From Vicugna vicugna (Eukaryota): a stretch of 64,000 bases of DNA. Under the pieces are notes generated by a model. The model was not told the DNA's origin and made no database searches. It saw only the letters and a list, made by a program, of their open reading frames with translations. The position numbers were made by a program, and so were the translations under genes. Location of the stretch: contig MU058669.1 in NCBI GenBank assembly GCA_013265495.1, forward strand, positions 354,056-418,055. The letters run 5' to 3'. Positions 12,185 through 24,955 of the stretch are shown piece after piece; positions within the stretch are counted from its first letter, which is position 1; each line of letters begins with the position of its first letter.

Positions 12185-12725
12185 CCCTGCTTAAAAACCT
12201 TCAATGGCTTCTCATTTCTCTTATGATGAAACCAAACTCCTTAACAGCCTGACAAGGCTCTACATGGCCTCGCCTCTGCCTACCTCTCCAGCCCCTCCTA
12301 CACACGCTCCCCTGGGTCTCAGAGCTCCAGTCAGTTTCCTAAGTTTCTCAAAGGCACCTCCCTTTTCCCTACTATGGGGCCTTTGCACCTGCTATTTCCT
12401 CAAGGACACAGGTCACACTCTGTTCCTACTCCAAGTTAATGTCACATTTCAGCTCAGATGCTGTTTTCTCCAGGGAGTCTTCCCAACTTCTCAGTCTAGG
12501 CTTCTGGCAAACACAGCATGGTCCTACCCTTCAGAGCACTATGTTAGTAAGGAGACCTTCATTTAGGGTGATTATTTAACTAATGCATATCTATAAGCTC
12601 CAGAAGGGCAGGGGCAGTGTCTGTTGTTTTACCATAACACCTGGCTTGCTAACACCTAGCACAGTAGCAGACACACCGAGGTGCTCAATAAATGTTAGTG
12701 GGATAAACAGAATGAGTGGACAGAT
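12185..12725 (+). mobile_element. L2 3' end inserted into a MIR (MIR halves ~12143-12170 and ~12730-12930, - strand)
   Basis: ccctgcttaaaaaccttcaatggcttc...ggcctttgcacctgct...aagctccagaagggcaggggc...gtgctcaataaatgtt...gaatgagtgga tail. Confidence 0.85.
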
Positions 12726-13189
12726 GGTGGGTGCATACTACGTGCTGGTCTCTGGAATAATTCCCTCTCAATGCTTCATCTCGTTTTATCCCCAAGAGGT
12801 GGGTACACTTATTAGCTCCCATTTGCAGACAGTAGCTAGGATTTTACAAGGGTTTAGTAACTTGCCCGAGGCCAAAGATGTAGCAAGTGGTTAGCCCAGG
12901 TCTGTCTGACTCCAAGGCTTGTACTGTACTATTTGCTCTGAACGATCTGATCCCCAGCTGGGCAGAGAGGACACCTCAAACATTTATTTGCTCTCTTTGT
13001 TCCAGAGTACAAACTCTGCCAGTGGGGTGAACACAGAGGGAGGGAGAGTTTTCTTCTCCCCACATGCCTGCATCTGAGTTACAAAAAGATGAGAGCACCT
13101 CAAATTCTTTATATTTTCCCAAATGAATTTTAGCCAAGTCTCCTAGGAACCTCTCAATAATTCCATCTCTCTCCTGATTTCCCTCTCCC

Positions 13190-13310
13190 CTCAGGATGCT
13201 CTTGAAACCTAGGCCAGAATGTAACTCGTGAGCAAGAAATAAATCTCTGTGGGATTACTACACTGATGTTTCAGGGTTGACCTGTTATATCCCCTGACCC
13301 TACCAGTATG
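13190..13310 (+). mobile_element. MaLR (MLT1-like) LTR 3' fragment
   Basis: gtgagcaagaaataaatctctg...cactgatgtttcagggttgacctgtta. Confidence 0.5.
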
Positions 13311-13689
13311 AATGCATGTCTAAAATCACACGCCAGTATGGTTCCTTGAATAGATTTTCCTAAATGGAACTTAATAGTCTTTTGCCACCTTTATGAACTT
13401 AAGGATGTCCTAAATTGCTACTGGAATGTGCAAGCTGTTGGTCCAAACTATTCTGCTCTATTGTCTCTTCCACTGAGATGCTGTCAGCTGGTACTCCCCA
13501 ATTCTAATCTGATGTTTAGTCTGAAAGTGAAGCCATCTCTCTTGTAAGCAGTAAAGTGCTTGGATCTTGCTTGATGAATCTCCTCAGCCTCTCGAGGGTT
13601 GTAACCTTGTACGTGGGCTAGTAGGAGTCTGAGGCTCCAGAAGTGGGGTGGCCCTGTGACACTGTAGTGTTCAGTGGACTGCTACGTCA

Positions 13690-14000
13690 ATGGACGGTAC
13701 TGTTCCCAGCATCTGAAATGCCTTGTGGGTGAACTCCCCAAGAGAAGGAAGCTGTTTCCTGGCAAGGTGCTTGGCTGACTTAGCTTTGGTGATGAAGTCT
13801 GCTAATTGCATTACTGCATGGCATGTACCATCTGACCTTGCTAATAACTGCTCAAGCTGCACACTGACTACAAAAGTCACCACAATTATTTGGCTCTGTG
13901 CAAAAAAAAAATGTTAATTTCATACTTTGTAAACACATCTCTTGTAAAAGACTAAGCTGCCTATAAAAATTGCTTTTGACATCCCTAAGATAATCTTTAG
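13690..14000. promoter_or_regulatory. Candidate conserved non-coding element
   Basis: Repeat-free; contains ctaattgcatta, gctaataac and caattattt homeodomain-type cores. Inference only. Confidence 0.35.
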
Positions 14001-14984
14001 GGGAAAGAAATGGGGGGAAAAAAAGAAGCGTATTCTCTTAATCAGTGGCTATAACCTTCTTTCCCTTGAGAAAAAAAATTTTTTTTAATGATAAAAGAGA
14101 GGTGTCAGCAGGAAGGTTCACCAAGGAGCAGAGAAATACCCAAATCAATGAAGACTAACTTGTCAGGATGCTAAAATCCTGGCAGGTGCACTGTGCACTT
14201 TCAGTTAGGTAGGAGTTTGGGAAGTCTGGGAAAGTCACATGCTGCAGTTGACTGACTTAGAATCTTAAAGTTAGAGGGCCCTTAGCAATGGTCTGGTCTG
14301 AACAACTCATTCTGCTGGTGAGGAAAAGGAGGCCCAGGGAGATGACATCCTGACAGGCTCCCACTGAGGTCAATGCTGGGGTCAAGAACCCAACCTCGGG
14401 CCCCTGACTGCCTGGTAGTGTGTGGTCCAGCATGACATGGCCTTAGGGCAGAGAGAAAAATCAAAAAAAAATTTTTTTAAGTTAAGGAGAATGACTCCAG
14501 TCATTCTCTTCCCCTGTGATTTCCTCCAGTGCTGTGTGTTCCCTGACATCCCCTCACTGAAACAAGGAACCTGCTGAAGAAGCAGACGGCACAGTTCAAT
14601 TCAGGAAGCATTTCTTTGACAGCTACTAGCTGTGCTTCTCAAACAGTGACTTTATCGTAAATATTCATCTTGTATCTCAAATCTTACTTTCTATTCCATA
14701 ATACGGATGTCTTCTTTTAACTTAATTTTCATATAAAATTACTGTGTTTCTGCCCGCTCTTCTCCAAAGAGTTTGAGTGAACCTGATGCTTCTGGAAGGT
14801 ATGCCTTGTTTCATCAACACAAACTCACTGTATATACATACACATACCCACACACAGGCAGAGATCCATCTAACTACAGTATTAGCACCTGCTAAGATCT
14901 ACAGTGGACCAGGAGGCCAGGCAAAGGGCTCTCGGGGTACAGGGAAAGGGGACACTGATCACCATTTAGAGTAAGTTCTCCAGA

Positions 14985-15640
14985 ATAATGTTTTTTTTAA
15001 AAATGACAGTCCTTAATTTTATTTTCCCTGATTGTAGATTATATGAAAATGAGAAAGGAACAGAGAAGAAAATTTAAACCCCCTATAGAAAACTGGGTAA
15101 AGGGTATACCGGATCTGTTTGTAATATTTTTTACAACTGCATGCAAAATCTACCATTACCTCAAATTAAAAAAAATTAATTTAAAAAATCTTTCTTAATC
15201 CCTCCACCTAGTAGCAACCACTGTGAATAATTTTGTGGTTATCCTTTTTATCTTGTTTCAATGCGTGTGTCTGAAATCTGAAATCTGAAGACCTAATTGG
15301 AGGTCTGGAACCAGCTTTCTTCACCTATCATTGTGGCAAGAGAAATTTCCTGTTATTAAAAGTTCTTTGAAAGTATTTTCAAAGGGTGTATTATATTCTA
15401 ATACATGGATAAAATCATGTCCCCTGCTGCTGGGTGTTTAATTGCTTCCAATTTTACACTATTGAAAATATTTCATGTTATATATATTTTACTACAATAA
15501 AAAATAGTTTTTGGTTTCAATAAACATCCTATACATCTCACATTTCTGATTACCTCCTCGGGCTGGACTTCCAGGAAGAAAATTCCCAGATCATTTTTTT
15601 AAGTCTTGTTGCATGATAACAAAGTTCTTTCCTGTTAGGA
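14985..15640 (-). mobile_element. L1ME-type 3' region with a small nested + strand L1 3' end (~15085-15190)
   Basis: gcaaccactgtgaataattttgtggttatcct...attgcttccaattttacact; nested ctgggtaaagggtata...ccattacctcaaattaaaaaaa. Confidence 0.6.
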
Positions 15641-15929
15641 ATAGGGGGAGGCGGGCAACATTTTTGTTTTTTTAAGAAATAAGGTTGAAAAATGTCTCAG
15701 TAAAAAAACTCCAGGAGACTGCAAAGTGCCTTATTGGTGATTTTCAAATGCAGAGCCATCTGGGAGCTGGGTATGAGGGTCCAGGAAACCCACAAACCCA
15801 CCTGCCTGCACACTGGGGTGGGGGCCTCAAACAGCTGTCATGCTTTCCTCACATCTCAATGCAAAATGGTCTTTGAAGAGAGATGCACTAAACCAGGACA
15901 TATGGGACTGTCTTTTGCAAAAGGAGGTT

Positions 15930-16140
15930 GTTCACTCTTCTCCTAGGAGGGTAATAACTTGGGAAATATGCATAAACCATTGCTGCTCGGATATAAACAG
16001 CATGAAATTATCCAAACTTGGAACCATTAAAGATGCACATTGTGAATTTAGAATCAAAACACTCTATAAATTCATAGCAAATCTGCACATTGAAAAAATC
16101 AGCCTGCAGACTGTAAAAGCAGTTGTTGTTTTAAAGGATT
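15930..16140. promoter_or_regulatory. Candidate conserved non-coding element
   Basis: Repeat-free AT-rich block with atgcataa, ccattaa and ctataaattca motifs. Inference only. Confidence 0.35.
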
Positions 16141-16854
16141 TTTTTTCGCAAGGGCTCCCGACTATTTTTCGTGGATGGGCACGAGGTGGGAGAACGGTGG
16201 GCTGTGTTTGTGGAAGGCCTCGAAGACATCGGAAAAATGAGGCAGTGCCAAGGTCCCTTCTGACATTCCCCATGACTGGTTTTACCGTTTGTTCTGGAAG
16301 GGATGGGTCTAAAGACTGCCTGAGATCCTGCTGATTTTTTACATATTTGGGGGAGTGGCACAAGAAACAAAAGACTTGACAAGATTCGGTACATCCCTCC
16401 CCTAAATTTAAATACTGCCAACAAGGGAAGAACATGGCAGGTTTAGAGAACTCACTGAGAACTCTTTCTCTTCAGAAATTATGCTTGCTGGCTATTTAGT
16501 GTTTCCCACAGAAAAAACTCTGCTCTGTCCCAGAATGAGATCACGGAGGGAGCTATGATTAGAGGCCCCCCTTGGCCATCTTTCTGGTCCACAGGAGGTC
16601 AGAAGAAAGCCTCCTCTTAAGACAGCCAACATGCAGGTCTGTAGCATTTGGCTGGGGGTTTCAGGCATTCCCTCAGAACAGCCGAGTGGGGGTCTGTACT
16701 GATCAGAAATAGAATTCATCTCCCCCAAGGAAGGCTGAAACCAGGGTCGGTTTAGCCTCATCTTGGACAGAGACTAGAGGGTCAAGGGGGGCAGCCAAAA
16801 GCCTTCTGACTTGCCTCTGCCCCTTGGAATTCTAACATTTCCACCTCCCTGTCT

Positions 16855-17190
16855 TTTAAAAATACTATTTGCCAACCTATCAGTTTGAACAATTTCAACA
16901 GAAAAGTTGTAAGAATTAGTGAAAAGAATACCAGTACAGTCTTCACTTAGGTTTACCAATTATTAATATTTTACCACATTTGCTCACCGAACTATCTACT
17001 CATTTTTGGCTGAATCATGTGAAAGTAAATTGCAGATGTCATGACGCCAGACCACTAAGTAATTCAGCAGGCATCTCTCAAGCCAGGGGACATTCTCCTA
17101 CATAAGCACAAATCCACTGCCACATGGATGTAAAAATAAAGCCTGATCTAATGTACACTCCATATTTAAATTTCCCCACTATTCCCCCAA
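16855..17190 (-). mobile_element. L1MC/ME 3' end (outer element; resumes ~18115-18270)
   Basis: cagaaaagttgtaagaattagtg...ccaattattaatattttaccacatttgct...gaaagtaaattgcagatgtcatgac. Confidence 0.75.
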
Positions 17191-17194
17191 AATA

Positions 17195-18115
17195 CTTTTT
17201 ATTTACTTTTTAAATCGGCACATTCACATAATATACAATTCACGCTTTTAATATGCACAATTCAGTGGATTTTAGTTTTTTCACAAAGTTGGACAATCTT
17301 CACCACTAATTCTATAGTGATAAATTTGGGAGTTTGAGATTTACAAATGTTAGCCACTATATATAAAAATAGACTTTAAAAAAAGTTTCTTCTGTGTAGC
17401 ACAGGGAACTATGTTCAATATCTTGTAATAACTTCTAATTAAAAAAAAAAGAAAATGAATATATGTATGCATATGCATGACTGGGACATTGTGCTGCCCA
17501 CCAGAAACTGACACATTGTAACTGAGTGTACTTCAATTAAAATAAAAAAGTTGGGCAATCTTCACCACCAATTCTAAATTGTTTTCATCACCCCCCCAAA
17601 AAACTCTGTACTATCATCAGTCCCTCCCTATGTCTCCCTCCCTCCCAGCCCCTGGAAACCACTGTCTATGTCCCATCTCTATGGATTTCCCTATTGTGGA
17701 CACTTCATATGAACAGAATCATTTAATATGTGACCTTTTGTGTCTGGCTTTCTTAGTTAGTATAATGCGTTACTTCATTCCTTTTTGCAGCTGAATGATA
17801 TTCCATAGAATGAATGCACCAAACTTTGTATCTCTATTCATAATTTGACACACATGAATTGTTACCACCTTTTGTCTACTATGAATGCTGCTGCTATGAG
17901 CATTCATGTACAAGTCTGTGTGTGGACATATGTTTTCATTTCTCTTGGGTACACACCTAGGAGAGGAATTACCAGGTCACGTGATAACTCAGTGTTTCAC
18001 CTCTGGAGGAACTGCAGATTATTTTCCAAAGCAGCTGTACCTGTTAGTCTTACCAGCACTGAATAAAAGTTCTAATTTCTCTACATCCTCACCAATGCTT
18101 GTTATTGTCTGACTC
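17195..18115 (-). mobile_element. L1MB-type 3' end
   Basis: tacaattcacgcttttaatatgcacaattcagtggattttag...tatgaatgctgctgctatgagcattcatgtacaagtc...ctggaggaactgc. Confidence 0.9.
17315..17546 (+). mobile_element. Camelid/cetartiodactyl-type young L1 3' UTR, heavily 5'-truncated
   Basis: ataaatttgggagtttgagatt...agcacagggaactatgttcaatatcttgtaataac...gtacttcaattaaaataaaa; flanked by a 30-bp direct repeat. Confidence 0.92.
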
Positions 18116-19699
18116 CAAACTGCTTATGGCTATCTTTTCCTCAAACCAGCGTCTGATCACGGATTCTGCACTGTATTGACTTCCTACATCTCTTTCATTT
18201 TCTTTCATCTGGACCAATTCTCCAACCTTCTTTTGCCTTTCCAGGTATTAACATTAAAAGAACAAAAACCAAGTCTAGTCCACAGAAGGCACTCATCCCT
18301 GATTATGGTGGGTCCTGAAGTACCTTTCTCTTGCCTGTTGCACAGACAGCTTGGGACGCTGAGCACGCAGCCTACAGGGAGATGATCGCACCAGTGTGCT
18401 AAGGGTTCTGGCTGGAGCCCGGCTCAGTCCCAAGCAAGATGATCTCATGCCTCTTAACTGGGAAAGATGTTTCTGAACATCTTAAAGGCTTCTGGTCAGC
18501 ATCAACAGGGAGCTCAGGGGTAGGGCGGCAGGTCGGGCAGAAGTGGAGGAGAGTGTGTATGAAGGGGACTGGGGAATCTGGGCACCCGCCTCCACGTGGC
18601 CCTCCATGACGCCTGTGCAGCCAGGCTGTCTCGAGTCCTAGAGTTAACTGGGGCCGCTGAACTGCAGCGGGGGCTGGCACCGGAGAGGAACACCCACCAG
18701 CCCACCACAGTAATGAGCTCTGACATGCGGCACATCACAGACTAGCTAATTAAATTCTCCACAGCTTCCCTAGCACCAACGAGGACTTGAAGCGCTGAGC
18801 CGAGGGGGACGGAATCAGGGAACCTGGGACCAGGTCTTAGCTTAGCCTCAGAATCCCTGCAGAGATGCTGGAAGGTAAATCCACCTCTCTGGGGCCCTCC
18901 CTAATCCATAATGTCGGGGAAAGGAACACACGGGAGGCGTCCTTAAAACAATTCAGCTACAGTCTGTGCAGTCACGACGGTACCGGCAACTCCGGTGCAC
19001 GAGTGCCTCACAATTCTGCAGCACCTCATGACTCTCACTTGTCCCCAACGGCATAGAAAGGGCTCGCATTATTCCCAGTTTGCAGATGAAGCTCACAGAT
19101 CTGGGGTTACCGCATTCATTCTTGGACAATAATCATGGTGGTCCACCATGCATTGGGTGCTGTATTAGGCTCTGGGGTTACAACAGCCAGCTAGATAGGG
19201 AGGAATTTTCCCTCTTGTGTCTTCAGCTGCGTGGGAAAGACAATGCAATAAGCAATAAAAAAAAGCTGAGCACTGCTACACCAGGGTCCTGCGGAGTCCA
19301 CACAAGGCCCCTAATCTGGGCTAGTGATGTGCCTCAGGTGTGGTTCACAGAGGGCATGACTCCGTGCCGGGGCTCTTTCTGGTCTACAAAGGAGGAGGGA
19401 GACACATGCCCCAGGTCGTAGGAATCAAACTCTCGCCTGGAGCCTACTCGGCTGGGGGGAGGAGGGCAAAAGAATACTTCTTCCCTCGGTGCTGAACACA
19501 GAGCTGTGGGATGAGTGAACTCCAGTGCCCAAGGGCCTCATCTACTAAAGACACAAGAAGTGGGGATTTTAGGTTTTGAGTAAACTCCCTGAGGTCCTTA
19601 ACTTCACCAACAGCATGTGATGCTACTGGACCTACCAGGAGCCAGAGCCCTCTCCTTCCGGACCTCACTTTCCCAGGTCCCCAACTTCTGAGGTGAAGA

Positions 19700-20680
19700 G
19701 GTTGAATGAATGCTTGCTCTTTAGCACAAATCCATGAGGAGCCATGAAAAATGTCATCTCTTCCTTTCTCCATCAAAAGCCGGAGACAAAGCATAAGTCG
19801 GTGCGTTTCAGTGGTGTCCCATAAAATGAAATTAACAGTGTCAGGAATCTTTATTGACCTCTGAAGTCAGATTCTTTAAGGCTGATCGGCTGGACACAGC
19901 TGCTTAATAATGGATCACCCCCTCCACCCCACTTCATACTCTTTAGCAGTTAATAGGGCCATCCCATAACTCATCCCATGAGAGAGAGAGGAGAGTGAGC
20001 GGCTGGTGCCGACTTTGTGCGGAAGCTGGTTCATAAAGCAATATTTATATATTCCCTTTAACCTGACATTGCATAAGATCTATTACCAGTTAATTAAATT
20101 GTAACCGTTTTATACATTGGCTTCTGGTTGTGATCAGCATCTCAATGCACAGATCCACCAGGCTGCACCGACTTGCATGAAGAAGCTAAATAATATTCAC
20201 TTAAAAGAGCATTAAATTGTGCAGAACCATCATGAGCAGTCAATAAAGGCCTCATGTTAAACAGAATTTAAGGAGATGGTATTTGCTACTTTCCTCCCTT
20301 GAGAAACATAGGCCTTTAGAAGTTATTTCCCACCCCTGAGTTCCCTGCAACTAGAGTGGCTCTGACAATTTTCGGATCTGTTGAAAAGGAATGATTATAA
20401 AAACTTTGTTAGAGGCATTTGCATTCGTCTAAAAGGGGGTTGCGTCCTGGATCCTGCCACTGTCATGGAAGGGAAAGAGACAGGAGACTAATTAAGTAAC
20501 AAAGGCTCAGCCGAAACCTCCTTTCGGAGGCATAATCTCCTTTGCCAGGCGTGGGGCAGATGACTGGCTGCACGCGCACTCCAGCCTCCCCGGCCTAATC
20601 CTCCCTCCCCGGCAAGAAGCCTTCCGACAGTGTCTGGAATAATAATGTAATTATGGACAGCTAAAACACCTCATCCATGA
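19700..20680. promoter_or_regulatory. Candidate developmental enhancer / conserved non-coding element
   Basis: ~1 kb with no recognisable repeat; CCATAAAA 19819, TTTATTGAC 19850, GTCAATAAA 20239, TTAATTAA ~20090, CTTTGTT 20404, ATTTGCAT 20417, AACAAAG 20498, several TGACA/TGTCA. Confidence 0.55.
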
Positions 20681-21464
20681 AGGGCGAGGATCCAGAGTCT
20701 TTCAAATATGGGAAGGAGAAGCAAAGGTTCAAAGGGTGACTCTTTTTAGTGCAGGGGTGGTTAGAACTGTCTCTCTCTCTCTTTTTTTTCCACTAAAGTA
20801 TATACGCTTCTCAGAGGGAAAGTAACTGCTTTTGACTAAGATATGACGGCTGATTAGGTCAAAGTGTCCTGTGCACTCACTAAAAAACACAAACCACAAA
20901 GTCTTCAAGGAGTTTTCCCCACTGAAAAGATGATTTTTTGTTTGTTTCCTCCTTTCCTGTTTCTTCCTTGGGGCTAGATTATAAAGTCCTGTCTCTTCTG
21001 AAAGAAAAGATGCAGGATGAATGGGCAGAGACTGTGTTTTATGAATTTAACATTCTCCAGATTTAGCACAGTGACTGGTACACAGAGGCACTAAATAAAT
21101 GTTTGCTGATACTTCATGTTGTTTAAGCTAAATCTAACTTTGCTCATTTCAATTTGAAAGAACACTATCTTACAGAATATTTTAAGTACAGGGGCTTATA
21201 GCAGGTGTACGTATTATAAAAACCAAAGTCAAAAACCACAGTCCAGAGCCGTGATTTTCAAAGAGCATTTGCAGCTGCTTAGGGGTTCAACAGAGGGGCC
21301 TCAGCGTTGTGTCAGGGAGGGACGGGGGAAGAGGCTGCTGGGCTGCTGCCCCATCCCATGTCCACTTCACTAAAGACAAATCCCTTCTACCTGTTTTCTA
21401 TTCTAGGCTTTCACGTTAAACATACTCCAAAGAAAAATGTCCTACAACTGGACACGCACATGGT

Positions 21465-22028
21465 CTCAAAGTATCAACCTACAAGTCACTTATTAATTGC
21501 AAAGGGGGGAAACAGTCATTTCTCCTAGAGAATCCTGGCCTACATGACCTAAACATCACTGGAAATAAGCCATCCTGTACCTCCAACACGATGCACCGAG
21601 AAGAGCACGTCACTCCTGTGGTACTTTTGCTCAAGTGCGTCAAACTAATCATGAGAAAACATCAGACAAACCCAAATTGGGGGACAGCCTACAAAATAAT
21701 TGGCTACTCTTTTCAAAAGTGTCAAGGTCATGAAAACCAAAAAGACTGAGGAAACGCCACAGATTGGAGGAAACTAAGGAGATGTGACAGCTAAATGTAA
21801 TGTGGGCTCCCGGAACAGAAAAAAGGACATTAGCTGAAAAAAAAATTGGCAAGGCTCAGATAAAGTCTAGAGATTGGTTAATATTATTTCATGACCTAGA
21901 TAATTGTACTATGGTTGTATAAGATGCTAACATTAGGGGAAGCTGGGTGAAAGGTACAAAGGATTATTTTTGCAACGTTTTGGGGGGTAAATCTAAGATT
22001 ACTTCAAAATAAAGAGTAAAATTTAAAA
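21465..22028 (+). mobile_element. L1MC4-like 3' end
   Basis: ctaatcatgagaaaacatcagacaaacccaaattg...gacagctaaatgtaatgtgg...gatgctaacattaggggaagctgggtgaaaggtac...ttcaaaataaa. Confidence 0.9.
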
Positions 22029-23304
22029 GGTTTCTGAACTAAATAAAGTTTTTTAAAAAATCACCAACCAAGAGAAATATAATCGCACTTTTGTACTGCG
22101 CTTCAAATATGACAGAGGCAGGCCTTGCCGGTGGCCAACAATAATTCAACTTCATGATCATAGCTGTGAGTTTTGAATAGTCATTAAAAGCCAGGCAACT
22201 AACTGGTAACCCCGGTCTCAAAGACTTCCCCAGTCTCTTCCCAGTATGAGTCAACAGTGGATAAGTCCCACAGCCCTTGGATTTATTTCATAGAAAAATA
22301 ACAGAACCCCTGTCCTGACAAATCTACTAATTAAGGTATACGTGCGAATTTTAATGTTACTCATTTTTAAAAGCTTGACTGGTCTCTCCTGGCAATGCTC
22401 TATTATTCCCAAGACCAAATAGTGCTGGAGAACAGTTCAAGACAATACACACTGAAGGAAAAAAAAAAGCACTGCAGCGTACAGACACATTAGAGGTCTG
22501 CTTCTCCCTAAAAACACATGGACATGAACAGTAGAAAGGGATGGGTGAGGAGGGAACGTGGAATCCAGCTAGCAATTGAACGAAACTCAGGTTTCATCTG
22601 AAAAATTCCTAAGGGTTTAGCATTCTATTCCACAATGTACTCATGTTTATGTTCATATAAATATTAATGATTATTCCCCACCCCCACTCCCCTTCTAAAT
22701 CATGTTCAGAAAAGAAGGGTCATATTTATTCTGTGGATTCTCATACCTGTGGGCACATATCCTAACTTCTGGAAGCATGCAGCAAAACAGCTTAGAAAAT
22801 GTTTATGTTCACTGTATCAGCATCTTTTATTAGTACAAAGAAGTGTTTTAAAATATATATATACACACTTTTTTTTTACAGATTTAAATCTTAAAAGCAC
22901 ACACATCTATCTGCAAAATCCACTCATCCAGAAAAACCTCACTCTCTAATGATGCCAGATAAATGAAGCATTGCTCTGCTAGGAAGTTGTGTTAAGACCC
23001 TAGGAAATCTATGTTGTACATATATTAGTTATGCATGGGAAAATAAAGCTTGCCCGTTCTTTTTCTATTATGGAAAGTGTGGGTTTGGCGAATGTCCCAA
23101 TGGTCCTTTTATTTTTTAAAGAGAATATCTGAACTGTTCACAACAGATTACCTGTTTTTGAAGTGCTGTGAAAATTCTGTTTTCAGCCCTTTTTTCTTAG
23201 AAAGCCAGGATTCTTGTTAAGAGTGTTTTCTGGTCCTCAGGACACTTAATGAACATTAAAATATCTGCTGTTTCAAATATAAAAGCAGGCAACTGCCTTC
23301 CCAA

Positions 23305-23817
23305 AAGTCTTCATTCCTTTGCTTTTCTGGAACCTACACCCTTATCTTAGGGAACCAGCCTTCTCCCACTGCCGCTGCATGAGGCTTAGGGGGCTGGCCT
23401 CTCCCTCAGTTCCATGAGTGAAGACTTGACCCTTTGCCAGAGTATGGTATCCTCCTGACCATAGTGAAAGCTTGACAGATAAGTCACAAACCAAAGTGGA
23501 CACAAGAGGATGGCTCAGTGACTATGACTACAACTATCAGGAAAGAGCCTTTCTCTTGTTGCTGGAGCTGCCAAGCTACAGGAAGGAAGCCCGGAGCTGC
23601 CTGAGGCCTCTGGCCGCCAGGAGGGGGCGAGCCAGTCTGAGGAGAAGCAACCAGCACTAAGCACAGATTACTGAAGACATCTAAGCCCCAGGATTCAGCC
23701 ATGCCTGAAGGCGGAGCATCCCCAGTCTTCTCAGTCACATAATCCAATAAATTCTCTTTTTTGCTTGTCAACCTGAGCAGAGTTTCTGTCACTTGCAACT
23801 GAAATAGTCATAATACA
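23305..23817 (+). mobile_element. MaLR solo LTR (MLT1K/J-like)
   Basis: ggattcagccatgcctgaag...ccaataaattctcttttttgctt...tttctgtcacttgcaactgaaa...taataca. Confidence 0.8.
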
Positions 23818-23969
23818 AACATGCTTTTTTAAAAAAATTGAAAACTATTAGGAAGGCAGAGATAAAGTGAGCTTTTCTAACCTCTAAAATTCAACTTCAA
23901 GATCCAGGCTCAGGCAACTCCACTCAGAAAAAAGTATAATCACAAGGGCCAGAAAGCATAAAGAAATTA

Positions 23970-24165
23970 ATAGGACACTGGTTTTGAAGTCAACAGACAG
24001 GATTCAAAAGTGAGTCTGTAACTGCCCAGATAAGAGTCCTTGGGCAATTGCTAAATCTCTCTGAGCCTCAGTTTCTACACATCCAAAATGGGAGTGATAA
24101 CTTCACAGGGTTGGGATAAAAAACCAAAGAGATAAGGGGTGAAATGGCAAAGCATTGCCCAATCA
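23970..24165 (+). mobile_element. MIR SINE
   Basis: ccttgggcaattgctaaatctctctgagcctcagtttctacacatccaaaatggg. Confidence 0.85.
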
Positions 24166-24616
24166 TATAGGATCATTTCCTCTTCTGTGGTGCATGATAA
24201 GATGGGAGGGGATGATGTGAGCAGCTGGGTTTGGAGAGGCAGCTGTGGAAGCCCATGTGGAAGTGCTAACAGCAAAACCACCAGTGGCCGACTATGAAAC
24301 AAGGTGGAAAACCAAGCCAGCTCATCCAAACAGCATGACAGTGTTTGAAGACGAATATGAGCACCAGATACTGATCACAGACCTCGTCACAAAACTTCTC
24401 TCTTTCATGACACTGTTTACTCCTAACAGCTAAGAACACAAATATATTCAACCAACGGAACTCCTAGGGGTTTATCTGGGACTAGGCTGGCTCTTGTGAC
24501 ACACCAGGAAAACGTCACTCATTTGGTGCCATGAAAGTTAAAAAAAAAAAAGAAAAGAAAAGAAATGGATTTTAAAAACGAAAATAGATTAAATAAAAAG
24601 AGACAAAATCATGAAA

Positions 24617-24955
24617 AGAGGTCTCAAACTGGTGGTCTAAGGTCACCACCAACCTACAAGGGACCACACACAGTGCTTTTTAAAAATAAGACCTATGTTG
24701 ACAACTACAAGAAATCCAGAAAGTTCCCTTAAAGATCCAAATATCCAGGTCCTCTTGAGTAACTGGAAGACCTGGCAACCCAGCTCTATGCTCACATATG
24801 GCAGCCGCTGACAGCAGCTAAGTCGCTGATGGATGTCCCACTAGATGGGGGGGCGGTGTTCTGCACTCCCCAACCTGCACCACTTTCTTGCATAGCCAGG
24901 CATCACTCATGCAATGGCTTCCAGAATCCCTTTAGGAATTTGCATTTGTTACCCA
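24617..24955. mobile_element. hAT-Charlie MITE (MER102-like)
   Basis: agaggtctcaaactggtggtc...aactggaagacctggcaacc...ttgcatttgttacccag. Confidence 0.55.

Noticed and set aside
15840..16334. 164-aa ORF
   Set aside because: No recognisable homology or exon structure; it overlaps a putative non-coding element and shadow ORFs.
19700..20680. Naming the host gene from the enhancer-like islands
   Set aside because: I do not recognise any exon or diagnostic sequence, so a gene symbol would be a guess.
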